Below, one piece after another: positions 58,763 through 64,000 of a stretch of 64,000 bases of DNA. Within the stretch, counting starts at the first letter, position 1. Each line of letters opens with the position of its first letter. A program made the position numbers and the translations under genes. The stretch comes from Candidatus Thorarchaeota archaeon SMTZ1-45 (GTDB lineage Archaea > Asgardarchaeota > Thorarchaeia > Thorarchaeales > Thorarchaeaceae), in the NCBI GenBank assembly GCA_001563335.1, contig LRSL01000076.1, positions 23,225 to 87,224 on the forward strand, written 5' to 3'. The notes under the pieces were generated by a model, which saw nothing but the letters and a program-made list of their open reading frames with translations, was not told the DNA's origin and made no database searches.

Positions 58763-59305
58763 GTGTCGTCTGATGATTTGGATAAGAAGAAGATAATCAG
58801 CGTTACAATGAGTCAATCATTAGTTAATCGAATTGATGATCTTGTTCAAGAAAGAGTAGGGCGATCTCGAGCACAGCTCATAGAGGACGCAGTAAGATGG
58901 TTTCTTGATTTCACTGCTCACAAGTGGACTGAGCGGGGTATTTATGTGAGCTCTTTCAGAGCTGTATTCGAGTCTGAAACACTTTCCTCCCTATTCTTCT
59001 CTAAATTCACACCAACAGATCAATATGAGCTTGGAGAAACAGCTGGTAGTCAATCACCTATAGCTGATGTTGTAAGATTATTTTATGGGGAAGATCCAAC
59101 AGATGCAGAAAGTCGAGATTTGGTTTTAAGACTCCTTCAAGAAAATGGTTGGGGCTTAATTACATTCAATGATGATCTTATTGTCATAAGCAGTCCCTTC
59201 TATCCAGCTCCATTTATTCGAGGCTATTTAGAATCCTTACTCAAAGTGAAATTGGAGGTAGTAGAAACAACCTCAAAGGAGAATGTAGCACTTCGAATCA
59301 AATGA
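58763..59305 (+). CDS. Ribbon-helix-helix (CopG/NikR-like) regulator fused to a V4R-like domain
   Basis: ISVTMSQSLVNRIDDLV...SRAQLIEDAVR, and C-terminal GWG...FIRGYLE. Confidence 0.75.
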   Translation: MSSDDLDKKKIISVTMSQSLVNRIDDLVQERVGRSRAQLIEDAVRWFLDFTAHKWTERGIYVSSFRAVFESETLSSLFFSKFTPTDQYELGETAGSQSPIADVVRLFYGEDPTDAESRDLVLRLLQENGWGLITFNDDLIVISSPFYPAPFIRGYLESLLKVKLEVVETTSKENVALRIK

Positions 59306-59353
59306 AGTAATAGCTACAATTTTCTATCAGTCTAAGAGTGAAGCGCAGCTAGC

Positions 59354-59779
59354 TTACCATTCTTGTCCAATCTCAAGGATCTCAAATTCGCTCTCATAGA
59401 GACCTGGAATACTCTCAATTGTATTTCTGATAGTGTTCTGTTTCCCTTTGATATCGTCAGCGGAAAAATAGACCTCATAGATGCAACGATTCTGCTCAAA
59501 ACAAAAACCTGTAGTAAATAAGACTTTGAGGTCATGTTGTTTGAAGAGTTGAGTCATCGTTTGCATTAATGCAGGATTGACTTTCTCAACCTCTAGCCTA
59601 ACACGTGCTCCGCCCTCTTTCATCATGGGGATGAGACGAATTTCCCCTGACCTCTCGAAATAAATCACCATTGCAGCTTTCATATCTTTCAATTCTGGAT
59701 TATTGAAGAAATTATCTGGAAGGCGAATCTCTCTCTTCTTATGTACGTCAGCAATCATTCCCTTTGTGATACCGGCCAA
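59354..59779 (-). CDS. Putative regulator: AbrB/SpoVT-like N-domain plus ACT-like domain
   Basis: IADVHKKREIRLP (cf. VD.KGRI.IP) and an ACT-like beta-alpha-beta-beta-alpha-beta pattern ending IESIPGL. Confidence 0.55.
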   Translation of the reverse strand: MAGITKGMIADVHKKREIRLPDNFFNNPELKDMKAAMVIYFERSGEIRLIPMMKEGGARVRLEVEKVNPALMQTMTQLFKQHDLKVLFTTGFCFEQNRCIYEVYFSADDIKGKQNTIRNTIESIPGLYESEFEILEIGQEW

Positions 59780-59970
59780 GCAAATCGCCTCTTACCTGTG
59801 GTATTGCCAGAAGGTTATAACAGTATTTGAGTCTTTAGCGACTGGAGCTAAAGTACAATCTCGTAAAAGTGTGCGCTTGTGGAACCTTCTTATTCGATAA
59901 ATTTGTCTTTAGAAAGTCATAAATCACGGTAATCTGCGGAATTTTTCAACATATTGGAGGAACTCATCAA

Positions 59971-60093
59971 ATGGCAAAAGAAGGCGGCATATATGTTTGC
60001 GATATCTGTCAGCAGGTTGTTGAAGTCAAGAAGTCTGGAGTAGGGACACTAGTTTGTTGTAACCAGCCTATGCGTCTTTATGAAGGCGATTAA
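59971..60093 (+). CDS. Desulforedoxin-like FeS4 iron-binding protein
   Basis: Not in ORF track. MAKEGGIYVCDICQQVVEVKKSGVGTLVCCNQPMRLYEGD has the Y.C..C...VEV...G.G.LVCC..PM signature, with GGAGG upstream. Confidence 0.88.
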   Translation: MAKEGGIYVCDICQQVVEVKKSGVGTLVCCNQPMRLYEGD

Positions 60094-60181
60094 CAAAGAC
60101 TGCTAATAGACTGATTCAAACTAATCATCAGGAATTGATTGATTCAAACATTTCACAAAATGTTCAGAATTATTTTCACGC

Positions 60182-60197
60182 TTGACAATGTTTATAT
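60182..60197 (+). promoter_or_regulatory. Putative BRE/TATA promoter of RPB5 paralog 1
   Basis: TTGACAATGTTTATAT, 15/16 identical to 60828..60843, about 45 nt before the likely start. Confidence 0.55.
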
Positions 60198-60241
60198 TGA
60201 CTCTAGAGGGGCGATGCCAACGCTTCTTGAGGTGCATTGAA

Positions 60242-60799
60242 GTGATAGAACTACCAAGTAATGTAATCAAGACTAGGGGACTCCTCAACCTTCGATCTTT
60301 TTCGGTTAACGAGGTCTTAGAATACGATGACAAATATGTCATGTACCCATCGAGAGAAGCGCAGGGTGATATCCATAAGTATGTTGTCTGGATCCTAAAA
60401 GAACCTAAGGTCATTGGTGTCGCCTTTGTAAAGGATCTTGCTCGCGAGATGGAAGAAACAAATTCTCAACGAGGAATGCTTGTTGGTGGTCTTAGGTTTA
60501 CGCCAGCTGCTAAGAAGATGGCTAAGATATCTCGAGTTGAGCTGGTTGATGGCGGGTATGCTTCATTCGAACTTTTTGAACATGAACTAGTCCCCACACA
60601 TGTAGTTGCATCAAATGATGAAATCAAACTTGTCCTGGACCATTATGGGATTGAGAGAAATCAACTCCCTCGAATCTATCGTGATGATCCTGCAGTGAAA
60701 GTACTAGGTGCTCGACCTGGTCAGGTAATTCGAATTGAGCGTGTAAGTCCCACTGCTGGTCAGAGTTATTACTACCGGTTAGTGGTTGACTCAAGCTAG
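60242..60799 (+). CDS. rpo5: RNA polymerase subunit Rpo5/RPB5, eukaryote-type with N-terminal jaw domain, paralog 1
   Basis: C-domain HELVPTH...QLPRI..DDP...GQVIRIER.S.TAG..YYRLVV plus N-domain EPKVIGV...MEETNSQRGMLV....TPAAK. GTG 60242 follows GAGGTG. Confidence 0.9.
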   Translation: MIELPSNVIKTRGLLNLRSFSVNEVLEYDDKYVMYPSREAQGDIHKYVVWILKEPKVIGVAFVKDLAREMEETNSQRGMLVGGLRFTPAAKKMAKISRVELVDGGYASFELFEHELVPTHVVASNDEIKLVLDHYGIERNQLPRIYRDDPAVKVLGARPGQVIRIERVSPTAGQSYYYRLVVDSS

Positions 60800-60827
60800 A
60801 ACATAAAGCATGCTCAAATTCGTTAGT

Positions 60828-60843
60828 TTGATAATGTTTATAT
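60828..60843 (+). promoter_or_regulatory. Putative BRE/TATA promoter of RPB5 paralog 2
   Basis: TTGATAATGTTTATAT, near-identical to the element upstream of paralog 1. Confidence 0.55.
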
Positions 60844-60873
60844 CAAACGCTTTGAATCGGGTCATCATCACGG

Positions 60874-61449
60874 GTGTTTCCTACATTGTCAGACCTACTC
60901 GAAATACCAGCTATCGTAATTAAAACCAGAGCATTGCTTGCACTTCGGGGATTTACTCTCAAAGAACTATTGGAGTATGATGATAGATACGTTCTTCACC
61001 CAAAAAGAGACACAAAAGATGGGTTGCGTAAATACGTTGTTTGGATTTTAAAGGAAACGAAAGTTGTTGGCGTTGCGTTAGTGAGAGAGGTCGTGAAAGA
61101 AATGGAAGAAACTGAGGCGCAACGAGGAATGCTCGTTGGAGGGTCTCGTTTCACTCCTGCCTCTAAGAAATATGCAAAAGCTTCCAAAGTTGAACTTGTA
61201 GAGGGTAATTATGCTTCATTTGATCTCTTTGGACATGAGATGGTCCCAACTCATATTATAGCTGAGGAAGCTGAGATTAAATTGGTCCTAGAACATTATG
61301 GAATTAGTAAGACTCACTTACCTCGAATTCAGAGTAGAGATCCCGCTGCTCGTGTACTTGGGGCTAGACCTGGTCAGGTGATTCGAGTGGAACGACCAAG
61401 TCACACCGCAGGATTATCCTACTACTATCGGTTAGTTGTTGATTCCTAG
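60874..61449 (+). CDS. rpo5: RNA polymerase subunit Rpo5/RPB5, eukaryote-type, paralog 2
   Basis: HEMVPTH, LPRIQSRDP, GQVIRVERPSHTAG, YYYRLVV. Colinear with paralog 1 over its full length. Confidence 0.9.
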   Translation: MFPTLSDLLEIPAIVIKTRALLALRGFTLKELLEYDDRYVLHPKRDTKDGLRKYVVWILKETKVVGVALVREVVKEMEETEAQRGMLVGGSRFTPASKKYAKASKVELVEGNYASFDLFGHEMVPTHIIAEEAEIKLVLEHYGISKTHLPRIQSRDPAARVLGARPGQVIRVERPSHTAGLSYYYRLVVDS

Positions 61450-61451
61450 CT

Positions 61452-62228
61452 CTAGATTACAATGAGCTCAAGCTGCAGTGCAAAGAGAAACATTACCAAG
61501 CAAGTAATCAAAGGTAGAGTAATGTTATCAGTACCCTTTGGACTAACAAGTTCCACTAGTGTAGCTGTGCTCGCACCAATCAAAGCTAAGGTTAGCATTT
61601 CAAACCAAAGTATATTTCCACTTATGATAAAGACAGGGTCTGATAGGCTAAATATTCCAAACCACCAAAAGGCTAGTAATGTGCCTAGGAAACCGAATAC
61701 GAAAACAGCAAGCGTACCTGGTAAACTTCGATTCGATCCAAAAATGACTCTAGTTGAGTTCTTTCCATATTTCATTCCAATAGGTGCGCTCATTCCATCT
61801 CCAAACATCATGATATGAATAGCCGCTGCTGGAATAAAATAGAACTCGTGATATCCGGTGAATGTGAATATCGCAGTAAGGACCGTGATGGATACAGCAT
61901 ACCAGAATGGGCCTCGAACACTGTTATGTTCAAGATCTTCAGGTCTTGCCATAGCTGCGAAGTAACTACCAAAACGGTCCGTATTTGCGAGACCGAGCAT
62001 GATAACAAAGGTCAAAGCTACAAGAGTTGCAACCCATGGATGTGGAAAGAATGGAACAGTCCAAATTGCTGCTCCAGCAAACAAATGGATTATCCGCCTT
62101 GTTACTTCTGTTCCTAAATTTAGTTTCTTACGGGTAATATCTGCGATTGTCAGGATAATCACTGCATAGAATAATGCGATGAAGTAGACAATAATATCTC
62201 CAAGAACAATCGAGAAATCTACCTGCAT
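61452..62228 (-). CDS. CTP-dependent polyprenol/dolichol/phytol kinase family membrane protein
   Basis: TRRIIHL, GDGMSAPIG, RSLPG, DNITLP motifs, multi-TM. Confidence 0.88.
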   Translation of the reverse strand: MQVDFSIVLGDIIVYFIALFYAVIILTIADITRKKLNLGTEVTRRIIHLFAGAAIWTVPFFPHPWVATLVALTFVIMLGLANTDRFGSYFAAMARPEDLEHNSVRGPFWYAVSITVLTAIFTFTGYHEFYFIPAAAIHIMMFGDGMSAPIGMKYGKNSTRVIFGSNRSLPGTLAVFVFGFLGTLLAFWWFGIFSLSDPVFIISGNILWFEMLTLALIGASTATLVELVSPKGTDNITLPLITCLVMFLFALQLELIVI

Positions 62229-62288
62229 GTCAGTTACACACTCAAAAAACTCCCAACTACACTAGTGAATATATCTATCGGCTGAGAA

Positions 62289-63110
62289 CTATGATCTTTC
62301 TGCAGGTTTAGAAGGAGTCTTTGCTTCCTCTTCTAGTCTTGATATCGCTTTCTTGACTAGTTTTTTCAACTCATTCTCATCTTCCCCCCTCGCGGAAATC
62401 CAAACCCGCATTCCCTTTGATGTTCCATATGGTTTTGGTAATGACTTGATGTAAACGCTAGGAATCATCTTCATTACAGAGTCGATTGCGGGAGCAAACA
62501 TTGATTCATCTCTCATTTCAAATTCAACTATCTCCTCATAGAATCTTTGGGAAACATTTTGTTTGATCCAAGGTATTACTGAATCTTCGAAGATGAATTT
62601 CAATTCAGCTGGAACTCCTGGAAGACAAAATATGGTAGTGTTTCCATCATGAATCCTGATTCCAGGGGCGCCCCCAATACGATTGTCAAGTGCGATAGCC
62701 CCCTCAGGAAATTGAGCCATCTTTCTTCTAGCCCTCGTAAAATCTGGTGTCGCAACAATTCCTTTGTCATGGAGTATTCTATATTGTCGTTTAATCATCT
62801 CCATGGCTTCCTTATTCTCCACTATCTCTCTCCCAAGAGCTTCAGCGATGGCCCTTAATGTCATGTCGTCATGAGTCGGGCCAAGACCTCCGCTAGTGAT
62901 TATGATGTCACATACCTCCCGAGTAAATTGCAGCGCTTTTTCAATTTCATCAATCTCATCTCTTACAGAAACAAGCCTACGAATATTCACTCCAAGGGCA
63001 ACCAGTCTGACTTCCATCCAATGACAGTTCGTTTCAAGTACTATCCCATCTAGGAGCTCATTACCAATTGCTAGTAACCCTGCAGTCATAATCTCATTTT
63101 TGAAAGTCAA
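62289..63110 (-). CDS. CinA-like molybdopterin-binding domain protein (COG1058)
   Basis: IGNELLDG...TN, VRDE, SGGLGPTHDDMT, LPGVPAEL. Confidence 0.9.
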   Translation of the reverse strand: MTFKNEIMTAGLLAIGNELLDGIVLETNCHWMEVRLVALGVNIRRLVSVRDEIDEIEKALQFTREVCDIIITSGGLGPTHDDMTLRAIAEALGREIVENKEAMEMIKRQYRILHDKGIVATPDFTRARRKMAQFPEGAIALDNRIGGAPGIRIHDGNTTIFCLPGVPAELKFIFEDSVIPWIKQNVSQRFYEEIVEFEMRDESMFAPAIDSVMKMIPSVYIKSLPKPYGTSKGMRVWISARGEDENELKKLVKKAISRLEEEAKTPSKPAERS

Positions 63111-63113
63111 ATT

Positions 63114-63779
63114 CTACTCACCTTGTTTCCCCAGATTTATTTCATTTTGAAGGCTCTTCGTAAGTTCTTTGAATGTGTTCAAGCGCTCTTCTGCAACCTC
63201 TCTTCCTCTTTCAGTCACTATGCACTTGACAATATCTGAAGCGAGAGGAAGAAACTCAAGAAGATTATTTCCCATCTCGAAAAGACTTCTACCTGGAAAC
63301 AATCTCACACCATTCAAAATCCCTTGGATTAGACCAACCATTCCAAGTTTTAGTATCTTGTCAGCCTCCCAGAGTACTTGCGCTTCAATTGGCTTGAGAG
63401 GTTCTGAGATGGTCAAACCAACATGCTTTCGAATAACATCTGTAACCTGGTTGATTATCTCTGGACTAACCTTCTCTTCTGTCAGAATCTCTTCTGCAAG
63501 CTCAGCACTGGCTATTCCATGATGTTGCGCAGATATTCCACCAATTCCTGGTTTCGCAAGGTCATGTAGCCAAGCAGCTAGAACAACGACCTCCATATTT
63601 GCCTCGGTTCCAGACGCAATTTCTTTTGCTAGATCCACTACTTCCTCTATATGATCTAATCTGTAGTTGTAAAGTGGGACTCTTTGTTTTTCAGCTGCAG
63701 TTCTCCATTCCTCAATGGCTGTTTTTTTAGTTGAGGTTTCAACAATCTGTTTCAACTTCTTCTCAATATTTGGATTCAT
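63114..63779 (-). CDS. HD-domain phosphohydrolase
   Basis: DHIEEV, AAWLHDLAK, HHG..SA, IRKH, EADKI. Confidence 0.9.
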   Translation of the reverse strand: MNPNIEKKLKQIVETSTKKTAIEEWRTAAEKQRVPLYNYRLDHIEEVVDLAKEIASGTEANMEVVVLAAWLHDLAKPGIGGISAQHHGIASAELAEEILTEEKVSPEIINQVTDVIRKHVGLTISEPLKPIEAQVLWEADKILKLGMVGLIQGILNGVRLFPGRSLFEMGNNLLEFLPLASDIVKCIVTERGREVAEERLNTFKELTKSLQNEINLGKQGE

Positions 63780-63851
63780 GTTGGATCAGCACGAGTCTAC
63801 ATTTTTGTTGCACTTAAGAATTGTATCAATCTCAGGTATCAAATCCTCAAG

Positions 63852-64000
63852 TTATTGGTTCTCTAAAAGTCTTCTAATGTATTCAACGGCTAAGTTGTCA
63901 TCAGTCACAAACTTGGAGAATATTGCTCCACGTGCTTCTTCTATTGCTGCTGCAATTTTCTCAAGATCTTTGCACCAAATAAGATGACCTCTTTTTTCCA
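63852..64000 (-). CDS. 3' end of a gene entering from the right edge, possibly ALG13/glycosyltransferase 28 C-terminal-like
   Basis: Manual translation ...EKRGHLIWCKDLEKIAAAIEEARGAIFSKFVTDDNLAVEYIRRLLENQ*. GHLIWC recalls the ALG13 'GHLFYC' segment, but the fragment is too short to be sure. Confidence 0.4.
   Translation of the reverse strand, partial: EKRGHLIWCKDLEKIAAAIEEARGAIFSKFVTDDNLAVEYIRRLLENQ

Noticed and set aside
1-64000. tRNA, rRNA, CRISPR arrays, transposases or integrases
   Set aside because: No cloverleaf/T-loop, regularly spaced repeats or mobile-element motifs were seen by eye. tRNAscan-SE and Infernal would be needed to exclude small RNAs fully.

Overview
A gene-dense archaeal chromosomal segment, most consistent with an Asgard archaeon (Thorarchaeota-like). 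This assignment is inferred from gene content, not from a database search. Archaeal markers include NreA, EndoQ, an ASH/Ski2-like helicase, RecJ/GAN-like DHH protein and GGAGG/GAGGTG-type ribosome-binding sites. Eukaryote-like proteins include two tandem full-length two-domain RPB5/Rpo5 subunits, two tandem arrestin-fold proteins and a PRMT-like methyltransferase. The window carries a bacterial-type nucleotide excision repair set: uvrB followed by two divergent full-length uvrA genes, then uvrC 3.6 kb further on. UvrB contains a PIP-box-like motif. Also present are many DNA repair and nucleotide-sanitising genes, a purine salvage cluster, transporters, three TPR proteins, several surface proteins with C-terminal membrane anchors, and conserved hypotheticals. 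Three genes missed by the ORF track were found: a desulforedoxin-like gene and partial CDSs at both edges. One OB-fold ORF probably needs an N-terminal extension. No rRNA, tRNA, CRISPR array or mobile element was recognised. The most notable candidates are the duplicated eukaryote-type RPB5 with duplicated promoters, and a UvrB-UvrA1-UvrA2 system that may be heterodimeric and PCNA-coupled.
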